A stretch of DNA of 64,000 bases from an uncultured Solirubrobacterales bacterium (lineage in GTDB: Bacteria; Actinomycetota; Thermoleophilia; Solirubrobacterales; Solirubrobacteraceae), in NCBI GenBank assembly GCA_963832315.1, contig CAWHTT010000009.1, forward strand, positions 14,110 through 78,109. The letters are read 5' to 3'. Positions 8,982-18,426 of the stretch are shown one piece after another. The stretch's first letter is position 1. Each line of letters begins with the position of its first letter. A program made the translations under genes and the position numbers. The notes beneath the pieces were generated by a model that saw only the letters and a list, made by a program, of their open reading frames with translations, made no database searches and had not been told where the DNA came from.

Positions 8982-9807
8982 AGGGGATCAGGTCGAAGCG
9001 CCGCCCGATCGCCTTGAGCACGCCAGGGGCGCGCCGGCGAGCGCCGTTGCGCTGGGCCTCGCGCAGGCGGGCATGGACGCGCTGGGTGGCGCTCACGCCT
9101 TTCGGGACCATCGCCTTCAGGGGCTGCGGGTCGAGTTCGTTGGGGTGCAGGTACACGCCCGCGTACGGGCCGGAGCGCTCGAGTCCGGTCAGGATCAGCG
9201 GCGTGGGGAGGACCTGCCAATAGGACGCGCCGCCGACCGGGACGGTTCCGCCGGCGGGGTGCCAGACCGCGATCGGGAACTCCCACAGGCCGGTGGCGAG
9301 GCGGTGGGGTTCTCGGGCCGCCGGGACGGTGTGATCGCGGATGGCGGGCGAGTCGTGCTGGCTGGCGTCGTAGGAGAAGCCCTCTTGCGCGAGGACCTCG
9401 AAGGCCCATTGCGCGTCGTTGGTGATCGAGAAGGCGGGGGCGCGGTAGCCGATCGGCGTGCGGCCGGTCAGGTCCTCGATCGTCGCCTTCGCCGCTCGGA
9501 GATCCTGCGCGAACTCGGCCGGCGTCTGGGTGTGGACGAGCTTGTGGGCGTCGCCGTGGCACGCGATCTCGTGGCCGGCCCGCACGATCGGCTCGAGCAA
9601 CTGCGGGTGGGCCCGAGCGGCCATGCCGAGCACGAAGAACGTGGCGCGGGCGCCCAGCTCGTCGAGCGTCGTGAGCAGGGCGTCGGTCTGGCGCGGGAGC
9701 GCCGGCCCGGGCTGCTGCCAGTCCGGCGCGCCCACGCGCCGGCGCACCAGCTGGTGCCAGTCCTCGAAGTCGACGCTGAGCAGAAGGGTGTGGCGGGCGT
9801 CGGGCAC
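8944..9807 (-). CDS. polysaccharide deacetylase family protein
   Basis: LLLSVDFEDW start, ATFFVLG, and HEIACHGDAH metal-binding motifs of NodB-type deacetylases. Confidence 0.75.
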   Translation of the reverse strand: MPDARHTLLLSVDFEDWHQLVRRRVGAPDWQQPGPALPRQTDALLTTLDELGARATFFVLGMAARAHPQLLEPIVRAGHEIACHGDAHKLVHTQTPAEFAQDLRAAKATIEDLTGRTPIGYRAPAFSITNDAQWAFEVLAQEGFSYDASQHDSPAIRDHTVPAAREPHRLATGLWEFPIAVWHPAGGTVPVGGASYWQVLPTPLILTGLERSGPYAGVYLHPNELDPQPLKAMVPKGVSATQRVHARLREAQRNGARRRAPGVLKAIGRRFDLIPYGEAHARLDGGA

Positions 9808-9915
9808 TCTCCGGGCAACCGTAGCTCGGATCGCCAGCCCGGCGCTTGGGAGATCACCGGTGCTATACGACGGTTATCTCCCGAGCACCCGCGGGAGGGC
9901 GGCGCGCGCGGCTAC

Positions 9916-11022
9916 CTATCCACCCGCGAGCATGCGCTTGCCGATCACGCGCTGGCCGACCCGCAGCGGCGTCAGTAGCCCCAGCCGCGAGGCGAGCCGC
10001 ATCGAGTCGGCCCATCGCGACAGGCCGGAGTGCTGGGAGTCGGCGAACGCGCCGTCCTCGATCAGCTCGAGGTACCAGTCGATCGTGGCCTGGAGGGTGT
10101 CGTCGAGGGGTCGCGACTCGTACCCGAGCTCCTCGCGCGCCTTGCGCGAGCTGAAGCGCCAGTCCTGGCCCATCAGGTTCGAGGCCTCCGCCGACAGCGC
10201 GCCAGGCAGCCCCAGCGCCTCGCGGATCTGCGCCACGCGCCGGATGCTCGCCGGCAGCACCATGATCGGATAACGCACGCCGGACAGATCGGCCACGCGA
10301 TCGATCAGGCGGGGCCAGGGCAGGTTCTCGCCGCCCAGGATGTAGCGCTCGCCGGGCTTTCCGCGATCGGCGGCGAGCAGGTGGCCGGCCGCCACGTCCT
10401 CGACGTCGACGAAGTTCATCGGCGCGTCCAGCACGCCAGGCAGGCGGCCTCGGAGGTAGTTGCCGATCGTCCGGGTGGAGGTCTCGCCCGGCTGGGAGCG
10501 GTTGACCGGAACGCCCAGGACGTAGGCGGGATTGACCACCACCACGTCGACCTCGTGCCGGTCGGCCACGTCGAGGGCGGCGGTCTCGCCGGCGTGCTTG
10601 GAGTCGGGGTAGGCCAGCCCGAGCCAATCCTTCGGATACGTCGTCTCCTCGTTAGCCGGCCGTCCGTTCGCGACGCCGATGGCCGAAATCGTCGAGGTGA
10701 CCACCACCCGCTTCACCCCGGCCGCGGCCGCCGCCTCGACCGCGATCTCGGGCCCGCGGGCGTTCAGCTGCCAAACGCTCTCCATCGGGCTCGACGCGAC
10801 GTAGCCGGCGACGTGGAACAGGAGGTCGCTGTCGCGCAGGGCGCGTTTCAGCGCGCGGAAGTCGAGCACGTCGCACTTGGCCCGCCGGTACTTGATTCCG
10901 GTCAGGGCCTTCAGGCGGTCGGGGTTTCGGTAGATGACGCGCACGTCGTCACCGCGCTCCGCCAGCGCTCGCACCACGTGGGCGCCGACGAAGCCGGTGG
11001 CTCCGGTCACGCATACCTTCAT
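9916..11022 (-). CDS. NAD-dependent epimerase/dehydratase (extended SDR)
   Basis: MKVCVTGATGFVGAHVVRAL Rossmann motif and YPDSK catalytic motif. Confidence 0.8.
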   Translation of the reverse strand: MKVCVTGATGFVGAHVVRALAERGDDVRVIYRNPDRLKALTGIKYRRAKCDVLDFRALKRALRDSDLLFHVAGYVASSPMESVWQLNARGPEIAVEAAAAAGVKRVVVTSTISAIGVANGRPANEETTYPKDWLGLAYPDSKHAGETAALDVADRHEVDVVVVNPAYVLGVPVNRSQPGETSTRTIGNYLRGRLPGVLDAPMNFVDVEDVAAGHLLAADRGKPGERYILGGENLPWPRLIDRVADLSGVRYPIMVLPASIRRVAQIREALGLPGALSAEASNLMGQDWRFSSRKAREELGYESRPLDDTLQATIDWYLELIEDGAFADSQHSGLSRWADSMRLASRLGLLTPLRVGQRVIGKRMLAGG

Positions 11023-11107
11023 GGGGGATCTCCTTGGGTTGGTCGACTAAGTGCCTTCCCGCCGACGCGGATCCCCATGCGCCGGATGCTGGAGTTCACA
11101 CGATGTA

Positions 11108-11914
11108 TCAGTCGATCGCGCGGCGGTAGAAGCCGCGCACGCCGATCGCGCTCAGCGCGCACAGCGATCCCAGAAGCACCACGATGCAGACCCAGGTGGC
11201 GATGTGCGGCACGGTCGGCACGAGCGCCGCGCGCATCGACTCGCTGACGTAGGTCATCGGATTGCAGGCCGTGACGACCTGAAACCAGGGCAGGCGATCC
11301 AGCGACGGCCATGGATACTGGCTGCAGCCGGTGAACAGCAGCGGCGTGAACACCAGCGAGAACACGATGTTGATCCGGTTGGGGACGACGGCCGTCCCGA
11401 GCACCAGTCCGAGTCCGGCGCCGAGCATGCTGCCGAGCACCAGCGCGAGCACGAGCAGCGGCACCCCGCTCCAACGCCACGGGATCGACCCGAGCACGAG
11501 GATCCCGACCGGGATCATCACGGCGGTGGCGGTGATCGCGCGGAGCGTCGCGAACAGGACCTTCTCCGTCGCCACCAGCGCGGTCGACATCGGGGCGAGC
11601 AGGCGATCCTCGATCTCCTTGGTCCACCCGAACTCGACCACCAAGGGGAAGGCCAGTGTCTGCATGCCGGTGATCACCGCGGTCAGCGCGAGCAGCCCCG
11701 GAAACAGGAGTTCGGCATAGCCGTTCTGGGTGTATCCGAGCGAGCCGAGCACCTTGCCGAACACGAACAGGAGAAACAGGGGCTGGAGGATGACCTGGGC
11801 GAGGAACACCGGCAGCTCTTTCCACGTCACGTACAGGTCGCGGCGGAGCACCGCGGAGAACGCCCGGGCCTGGCGCGGGCGCGAAGCGGCCACAGTGGCG
11901 GTGGCGATGCTCAT
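11108..11914 (-). CDS. ABC-2 type transporter permease
   Basis: Starts at MSIATATV (ATG 11914, ATGA overlap with the ATPase stop). Six predicted TM helices of ABC-2 style. Confidence 0.8.
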   Translation of the reverse strand: MSIATATVAASRPRQARAFSAVLRRDLYVTWKELPVFLAQVILQPLFLLFVFGKVLGSLGYTQNGYAELLFPGLLALTAVITGMQTLAFPLVVEFGWTKEIEDRLLAPMSTALVATEKVLFATLRAITATAVMIPVGILVLGSIPWRWSGVPLLVLALVLGSMLGAGLGLVLGTAVVPNRINIVFSLVFTPLLFTGCSQYPWPSLDRLPWFQVVTACNPMTYVSESMRAALVPTVPHIATWVCIVVLLGSLCALSAIGVRGFYRRAID

Positions 11915-12927
11915 CGCAGCGTCCTCCCGGTCAAGTGGATGAACACGTCCTCGAGCGTCGGCGTGCCCAACTCGACCCCCTTGAGCGCGAAGCCGCGATC
12001 GGCCAGCAAGGTCGCCGTCGGCGCGATCAGCTGCGAGGCCTCGCCGGACACGTACAGGCGCACGCGCCGTTCCGCGGCATCGGCGTCGGGCATGTCGTCG
12101 TGCAGGGCCTCCACCGCCTCCACCCCGACGAGTCCCCCGAGCGCCTGCACCAGCGGCTCCGGCACGTCTCCATTGACGGCCTGGACGCTCAACTCGAGGG
12201 TTGAGCTTCCGGCCAGCCCGCGCATCAGCGCCTCGGGCGTGTCGAGGGCGAGCAGCTTGCCCCGGTCCATGATCCCCACGCGGTCGGCCAGGACCGCGGC
12301 CTCGTGCATGTCGTGGGTGGTCAGTATCAGCGTGACCTCGCGGTCGCGCAGCTCCCGCAGGCGGTCCCACACGAACAGCCGCGCCGCCGGGTCAAGGCCC
12401 GTGCTGGGCTCGTCGAGGAACAGGACCTGCGGCTCGTGCATGAGCGCGCGGGCGATCATCATGCGCTGCGACTGCCCGCCCGAGAACATGTCGGGCTTGA
12501 TGTCCGCGCGCTCCAGCAGGCCGAACTGCTCGAGCAGCTCGTTGGCGCGGGCGGTCGCCTCGGCCGCCGGCACGCCGTGGTAGGCGGCGTGGAAGGTGAG
12601 GTTGCGCCGGATCGAGATCGCGCGGTCGAGGTTCGAGCGCTGCGGGACGACGGCGAGCACGCTGCGGGCGCGCACCGGATCGACCCCGACGTCGACGCCT
12701 CCGATCATCGCCCGGCCGGCGGTCGGCCGCACCCGGGTGGTCAGCATGCCGATCGTCGTCGTCTTGCCCGCGCCGTTGGGTCCGAGCAGGCCGAACACCT
12801 CTCCGGGCGCCACCGCGAACGAGATTCCGTCGACCGCGTTGACGGGCGACTTGGGGTAGCGCTTGACCAGGTCTGAGACCTCGACGGCGGGCGCGTCGGG
12901 AGAGGGGGGCGGGACCTCGGGGCTCAC
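11911..12927 (-). CDS. ABC transporter ATP-binding protein (DrrA-like)
   Basis: Walker A GPNGAGKTT, signature SGGQSQR, and Walker B LFLDEPSTGLD. The start is chosen at GTG 12927 (VSPEVPPP). The longer track ORF to 13749 is an Arg-rich extension. Confidence 0.85.
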   Translation of the reverse strand: MSPEVPPPSPDAPAVEVSDLVKRYPKSPVNAVDGISFAVAPGEVFGLLGPNGAGKTTTIGMLTTRVRPTAGRAMIGGVDVGVDPVRARSVLAVVPQRSNLDRAISIRRNLTFHAAYHGVPAAEATARANELLEQFGLLERADIKPDMFSGGQSQRMMIARALMHEPQVLFLDEPSTGLDPAARLFVWDRLRELRDREVTLILTTHDMHEAAVLADRVGIMDRGKLLALDTPEALMRGLAGSSTLELSVQAVNGDVPEPLVQALGGLVGVEAVEALHDDMPDADAAERRVRLYVSGEASQLIAPTATLLADRGFALKGVELGTPTLEDVFIHLTGRTLR

Positions 12928-12972
12928 CGGTCCGAGGTTATCGGCGGCCCCCTTGAGCCATAATCGGGCCCC

Positions 12973-13503
12973 GTGGTCCCCGAGGCGGATCTGAAGCGGA
13001 CCGAGCACGGGCTGGAGCCTGTGGGCGACGGCTGGTTCGTGGTGAACGCGCGCGAGGCGAAATGGTTCGACGGCCATTTCGGTGCCTACACGCGCTTCGA
13101 GGGCGACTCTCGCTTCACCAAGCTCGGCTTCAACATCGGCGTGCTGGCCCCCGGCCAGGCGGCCTGTTACTACCACGGCGAGGAGGAGCAGGAGGACTTC
13201 CTCGTCCTCTCGGGCGAGTGTCTCCTGCTCATCGAGGGCGAGGAGCGACCGCTTCGCCAGTGGGACTTCGTCCACTGCCCGGACTGGACCGAGCACGTGT
13301 TCGTCGGCGCCGGCGACGGGCCGTGCGCGATCCTCGCGGTCGGAACCCGCTCGGACGGCGGGGTCGTCTACCCCCGAGCCGAGGTCGCGCTCCGTCATGG
13401 CGCCGGCGTCGAGCGCGAGACGCGCGAGCCGCGCGAGGCGTACGCCGAGACCCCGCCGGATGCGGAGGTCGGCTACCGCGACGGCTGGCTTCCGGGGGAG
13501 TAG
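12973..13503 (+). CDS. cupin domain protein
   Basis: Cupin-like core (YYHGEEEQEDFLVLSGECLLLIEGEERPLRQWDFVHCP). GTG start. Confidence 0.7.
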   Translation: MVPEADLKRTEHGLEPVGDGWFVVNAREAKWFDGHFGAYTRFEGDSRFTKLGFNIGVLAPGQAACYYHGEEEQEDFLVLSGECLLLIEGEERPLRQWDFVHCPDWTEHVFVGAGDGPCAILAVGTRSDGGVVYPRAEVALRHGAGVERETREPREAYAETPPDAEVGYRDGWLPGE

Positions 13504-13553
13504 GCCTCGAGATCGACCGGCCACGCGACGGATCACCGCCGGACCGCGGCTCG

Positions 13554-15752
13554 TTGACCGAGGCGGTGCGCGAGGCGGCCCGGTTCGACCGCCGGGCCGT
13601 GTCGGCGCCTGCCGGTCTGCTGGCCGCCATCCCGGTCGTGTCGGTGCTGGCCCTGGGGACGATCGCCTGGTCGGCGGTGGCGGGCGTGACCATGGGCGCC
13701 GGCGCGATGCTCGTCGGGATCGCCTGGCGGGTGCGGGGCGGGCGACCACCGCTCGCGGTGATGGCCACCGACGCGCTGGTGATGTCTCTCTCGACCTTCG
13801 TCGGTTCCCTGACGGGGTCGCTGCCGTGGCTTCACTTCGGGCTGCTGTGCGTGTGGTGCCTGCTCGGCGGGCTCCTGGTCGGCCTGGGCAACCGCGGCGC
13901 CGTGGTCGGAACCCAGGCGATCATCGCCTTCGTCGTGTTCGGCCGCTTCAGCCAGGGCGCCGGCGCGTCCGCCGGGGTGGCCGGGCTGGTCCTGGCCGGG
14001 GGTCTGTCCCAGGTGCTGTTCCTGAGCGTCGCGCGCTGGCCGACGCCCTTGCGGGCGCAGCGCTCGGCCACCGCCGCGGCCTACCGCGTGCTCGCGGCCC
14101 TGGCCCCGGCCTCGTGGGAGACCTCGACCGTGCCGGCGGGCACCGCGCTGGACGAGGCGCAGTCCACGCTGTCATCGCTCACGTTGTTCGGCGATCCGGC
14201 GCTGATGACGCTGCGCAGCCTGGTCAACGAGGGACATCGGCTCCGGATCGAGCTGAGCGCGATCCACGTGCTGATGCGCCGACAGCTGCCGGGTTCCGGG
14301 GTGGTCGGGCCGAGCGCCGACGCCGACGCCGACTCCGGGGAGGGCGACCCGCCCCGCGAGGTGGTTGAGGGGATGCTCGAAGCGACGGGGCAGGCGCTCG
14401 AGTTGACCGCCCGCGCGGTCGAGGGCGACCGGAGCGCGCCGGCCGATCTCTCCGGTCTGGTGGCCGACCTCAGCGCCCAGGCCAATGACCTGGTGCGCGG
14501 GCGAGAAGACGCGGCGCCGCTGCTGGCCCGGCGGCTGGTCGCACTGACCGGGCAGCTGCGCGCGGTCGCCGCGTTGGCCGCCAGCGCCGGAGAGGGCGGC
14601 AGCCTGCGCGAGCGCCGGCCCCGCCCCCATACCCACCGGCCGCTCGAGCGGCTGGCCGCCGCCCTGGATCAGATGCGAGCCGACGCCAGCCTCGAGTCGC
14701 CGGCGGGGCGCCACGCCCTGCGGCTGGCCGTGGTCGTGCTGCTCACCGAGCTCATCTCCCGTCATCTGCCGATCCAGCGCGGCTACTGGATGGTGGTGGC
14801 CGCCGCCACCACCCTGCGCCCGGAATTCGGCGCCACGTTCACGCGCGGCACCGAGCGGGTGCTCGGGACGTGCGTCGGCGTCGGCATCGCCGGCGGTATC
14901 GCGGTCGCCCTGCACCCGGCCGGTGGCGCGACGATCGTGCTGGTCGGGCTGCTCGCGTTCGCCGGCTATGCCGTGTTCCCGGCCAGCTTCGCTGCCGGGT
15001 TCGCGTTCATCACCGCCGTGGTCGTGTTCCTCCTGAACGCGATCAGCCCCGACACGCTGGGCACCGCCTGGGCGCGACTGGTCGACACGCTGGTCGGTGG
15101 CGGGCTCGGCCTGATCGCCTATGCGGTGTGGCCGACCTGGTCGCGGACGCCCGCCCGGCAGGCGCTGGCGGATCTCCTGGCCGCGCAGCGCGCCTACCTC
15201 GACGCGATCCTGGCCGCGCTGATCACCGGCCGGCGGGCCGACGAGAGCCAGATGCGGACCCCGAGCCGGCGAGCCCGACTGGCCCGGACCACCGCCGAGG
15301 CGACGGTGGCGCGGTCGCTGTCCGAACCCGCCACGCGACGGATCGACGCCGAGGAGAGCCAGGGGATGCTGGCCGCCATGCGCCGGCTGATCCAGGCCGA
15401 GCACGTGCTCCGGCTCGAGGTGCAGGACGAGCGGCCCCGGCCACCCCTGCCGGGGCTCGAGCCGCTGGCCGCCGGGCTGGGCGACCAACTCGGGAGCGTC
15501 GAGGCAACGCTCCGGGCCCGGCCGGAGGACCCCGAATCGCCGTCGCTGCCTGCGGAGCCCGATCTGCGAGCCCGCTATCTCGCGTTCGCGCGCGCCGCGC
15601 CGGACGACGGCGACCAGGAATGGCTCCTTGCCGAACTCGACGAAATCGTCGATGCCGCCAACAGCCTGGCCTCGCTGGCCGGCCTGGACGGCGAGGGGTC
15701 GGCCGGGGACGAGCGAGACGAAACGGCCGGCGTGGCTAGAGCGTCGCCGTGA
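13554..15752 (+). CDS. FUSC-family (aromatic acid exporter-like) integral membrane protein
   Basis: Two hydrophobic multi-helix blocks separated by a long soluble linker, and the segment HALRLAVVVLLTELISRHLPIQRGYWMVVAAATTLRP, typical of FUSC/ArAE proteins. The start is uncertain (TTG 13554 or GTG 13566). Confidence 0.65.
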   Translation: MTEAVREAARFDRRAVSAPAGLLAAIPVVSVLALGTIAWSAVAGVTMGAGAMLVGIAWRVRGGRPPLAVMATDALVMSLSTFVGSLTGSLPWLHFGLLCVWCLLGGLLVGLGNRGAVVGTQAIIAFVVFGRFSQGAGASAGVAGLVLAGGLSQVLFLSVARWPTPLRAQRSATAAAYRVLAALAPASWETSTVPAGTALDEAQSTLSSLTLFGDPALMTLRSLVNEGHRLRIELSAIHVLMRRQLPGSGVVGPSADADADSGEGDPPREVVEGMLEATGQALELTARAVEGDRSAPADLSGLVADLSAQANDLVRGREDAAPLLARRLVALTGQLRAVAALAASAGEGGSLRERRPRPHTHRPLERLAAALDQMRADASLESPAGRHALRLAVVVLLTELISRHLPIQRGYWMVVAAATTLRPEFGATFTRGTERVLGTCVGVGIAGGIAVALHPAGGATIVLVGLLAFAGYAVFPASFAAGFAFITAVVVFLLNAISPDTLGTAWARLVDTLVGGGLGLIAYAVWPTWSRTPARQALADLLAAQRAYLDAILAALITGRRADESQMRTPSRRARLARTTAEATVARSLSEPATRRIDAEESQGMLAAMRRLIQAEHVLRLEVQDERPRPPLPGLEPLAAGLGDQLGSVEATLRARPEDPESPSLPAEPDLRARYLAFARAAPDDGDQEWLLAELDEIVDAANSLASLAGLDGEGSAGDERDETAGVARASP

Positions 15753-18165
15753 CCGAGGCGGGGTAGCCGTTCCAGCTGCTCAGCACGGACAGCGTGGAGT
15801 GGTGCGGTTGGCCGTGGCCGAGTGAAAGCGACACTGTCGCGGTGTGGTTCGCGCCGGGAATCGTGGCCTGACGCGTGGCGATCACGCGCGACCCGGAGCG
15901 CACCTGGAGCCGGACGTGGCACTGCCCGCGTCCGTGACAGCGGAGCACCGCCTGGAGCTTCCCGTTGCGGACGGTGACCCGCGTGATCGTCACCGGCGAC
16001 GTCCGGAACTGGATCACCGCGCTCGTGGCGGACCCGGCGCCGTTGCTGACAACCACGCGCGCGTAATAGGTGCCGCCTGCTGCGAGGTTGCGGAGCGTGG
16101 CCGTGAGGCTGGTTGCCGATGCGGCGAGCACGCCACCGGCGCTGCGGCCGAGCGCGGGCGTGGTTCCGTACTGGAGCGCGTACGTCGCGCCGGCGCCGCC
16201 GGTCGCCACGGTGGCCGCGATCGTCGCGGTGCCCGCGCCGGCCGTGGTCACGCGCGGACGGGACAGCGTCGGCTTGGACGGGGCCGAGGTGCCGGTGGCG
16301 CTCGGATCGTTCGTCGAGCCGGTCGAGCCCGTCGAGGTGGTTGAGCCGGTCGAGGTCGTCGATCCGGTTGCCGGGGGCGTGGTCGTCGTCCCGGGAGGCG
16401 TCGAGGACCCGGATCCGTCCGCCCCGTCCCCCGAGTTCGTTTGCCGGGGCGAGGAGTTGCTGGTCGCGCCGCTTGCGGTGCTCAGCGTGAAGTCATAGCC
16501 GTACTCGGTGCCAAGGGCGTTCTGGGCCACGAGCCGGTAGTGGTAGGCGGTGCCAGGCTGGAGCCCGGTGAGCGTGTCGCTGACCGGCGCCGCGGCGTTG
16601 CCCGACCCGATGTCGACGGCGGGCGTCTGCTGGCCGTAGGCCGTGGTCGGGCCGTACTCCCACCAGTAGGTCGTGTCCGACCCGTTCGGATACACCCCGC
16701 CCTGAAGCTGTGCCGTGCTCGCGGTCACGCCCTGGGTGTAGGAGCCGTTCGTGCCGGCGCCGCCGATGCCGGGCGCGCCCGTGGCCACCGCGCCCGAGAT
16801 GCTCCCGGCGCCGGTCGGGCCGTCGTAGCCGGCGCCGCTCTGGCAGATGTAGGCGATCGAACATGAGCCGTTGGAGCCGTCGGACGGGTCGCCCAGCAGG
16901 CCGGCGTTCTGGTACGCCCAGGAGGGGCCCTGCGTGGTCGATCCGACCAGCGCGTAGTAGGCCGCGATCAGCGGTGTCGCCTCGCTCGTTCCGCCCACGA
17001 CCACCCAGCCGCCGTCAGCGGAGTCGTAGACCTGCATCCCGGTGGCGGGATCGGCGTCCGCCGAAAGATCGTTGTACGCCCGGCCGGTGCACCCGGTGTC
17101 GGACTGCCAGCTCGGCTTGGCCACGCGACGGACGCAGCCCGAGCCGCTGTCGGACCATGCTGACTCGGTGAAGTCGCGCGCGCTCTGCACGCCACTCGAG
17201 CTTGCGGGCTCCAGCGTGGTGCCCCCGGCCGCCGTGACGTTGGCGAGCGCGGCCGGATAGTTGTTGGTGTTCGACCCGAGGTACCCATCGTCCCCCGACG
17301 CGGCCACGGTGGTGACGCCCGGGAACGTGTAGGAGCCGGTGGCGGCGAAGCTCTGGGCCGCGTCGCGACCGCTGAGCGTCACGGCCCAGCTATCCGAGAT
17401 GGCGCTGGCGCCCGCCCGCGCCGCCTCCGCCTGCGCCGCGGCGAGGTCCGAGATGCTGTCGCTGTCCGCCTCGACGAGCACGATGTGGCAATTGGGGCAC
17501 AGGGCGGACACGGCGTCGAGATCGAGCGAGGTCTCGAGCCCCCAGCCCGTGCTGGTGGTCGACGGGTAGTCGGTGCCGCCGGTCTGGTCGACCTTGCTGA
17601 AGCATCCGTTGGCGGTCGTACAGGCGGGAAGCGAGAACTCCGCGCGGTAGGCGGCGAGGTCGGCTTCCGCGTTCGGATCGTCGAACGCGTCGACGATCGC
17701 GATGGTCGCGCCGGCGCCGGCCGTCTGCGACAGGTAGGCGAGGTCGTAGGCCTGTTGGAGGTAGGCCGGCGTCCCCGGCTGCGGCGCGGTGACCGCAGCG
17801 ACCGTCGCGGGGGCGGCGGCCAGCGCCAGATGCGCCCGCCGTCGGGCGCCGAGCCGGTAGGGAGAGGCTGGACGGCGCAGCCGCGGGTGCACGAACGAAT
17901 GAGTCCCGCGCACGCCGAGGACCTTGGCCAGACACGCCGCGCGCAGCGCCGTGGGCGATCCGCATGCGTCAAGAGGCACGACGGACGAAGCGTCGGGGAG
18001 GCCGGTCGTGGCGTCCGTGACGCTTGCGGTCGACGTCGTGGGAGCGGCGCCCGCCGTCGGCGCCAATGCGCCGCACACTCCGAAGAGCGCCACGGCGGAC
18101 AGCCACACGCGCAGCGTGCGAAACGGCGCCCGGGGGCGAGGGATGCTCGTGTGAATCCGTCTCAT
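15736..18165 (-). CDS. secreted S53/S8-clan serine peptidase with Thr/Ser/Gly-rich linker and Ig/FN3-like C-terminal domains
   Basis: Signal peptide (LRVWLSAVALFGVCGALAPTAGAAP), SGDDG, and GGTSEATPLIAAYYAL Ser motif. Linker GSTTSTGSTTSTGSTGST. Confidence 0.75.
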   Translation of the reverse strand: MRRIHTSIPRPRAPFRTLRVWLSAVALFGVCGALAPTAGAAPTTSTASVTDATTGLPDASSVVPLDACGSPTALRAACLAKVLGVRGTHSFVHPRLRRPASPYRLGARRRAHLALAAAPATVAAVTAPQPGTPAYLQQAYDLAYLSQTAGAGATIAIVDAFDDPNAEADLAAYRAEFSLPACTTANGCFSKVDQTGGTDYPSTTSTGWGLETSLDLDAVSALCPNCHIVLVEADSDSISDLAAAQAEAARAGASAISDSWAVTLSGRDAAQSFAATGSYTFPGVTTVAASGDDGYLGSNTNNYPAALANVTAAGGTTLEPASSSGVQSARDFTESAWSDSGSGCVRRVAKPSWQSDTGCTGRAYNDLSADADPATGMQVYDSADGGWVVVGGTSEATPLIAAYYALVGSTTQGPSWAYQNAGLLGDPSDGSNGSCSIAYICQSGAGYDGPTGAGSISGAVATGAPGIGGAGTNGSYTQGVTASTAQLQGGVYPNGSDTTYWWEYGPTTAYGQQTPAVDIGSGNAAAPVSDTLTGLQPGTAYHYRLVAQNALGTEYGYDFTLSTASGATSNSSPRQTNSGDGADGSGSSTPPGTTTTPPATGSTTSTGSTTSTGSTGSTNDPSATGTSAPSKPTLSRPRVTTAGAGTATIAATVATGGAGATYALQYGTTPALGRSAGGVLAASATSLTATLRNLAAGGTYYARVVVSNGAGSATSAVIQFRTSPVTITRVTVRNGKLQAVLRCHGRGQCHVRLQVRSGSRVIATRQATIPGANHTATVSLSLGHGQPHHSTLSVLSSWNGYPASVTATL

Positions 18166-18426
18166 CGGGTCGAGGGGCAGGGCCGCGAGGCCCCAACTTC
18201 CTATCGGCAGGTCTGGCCAGAACCTGAAGCGTTTTCGTGGAGGTTGGACAAATGGCCAAATGCGCGTGCCCCGCGCGGGCCGGCCCGGCGGCGGATTGTG
18301 GCGGACGCGGGAAGATCACAAGCCCAAGTAGCGTCCGTGCTAAACAATTAATCTCACACTGGGTCACTCCGCGGGCGCAGGGGCGCATGGTGACCGCTGC
18401 CCGATACTGGACCAGGGAGTCACATA

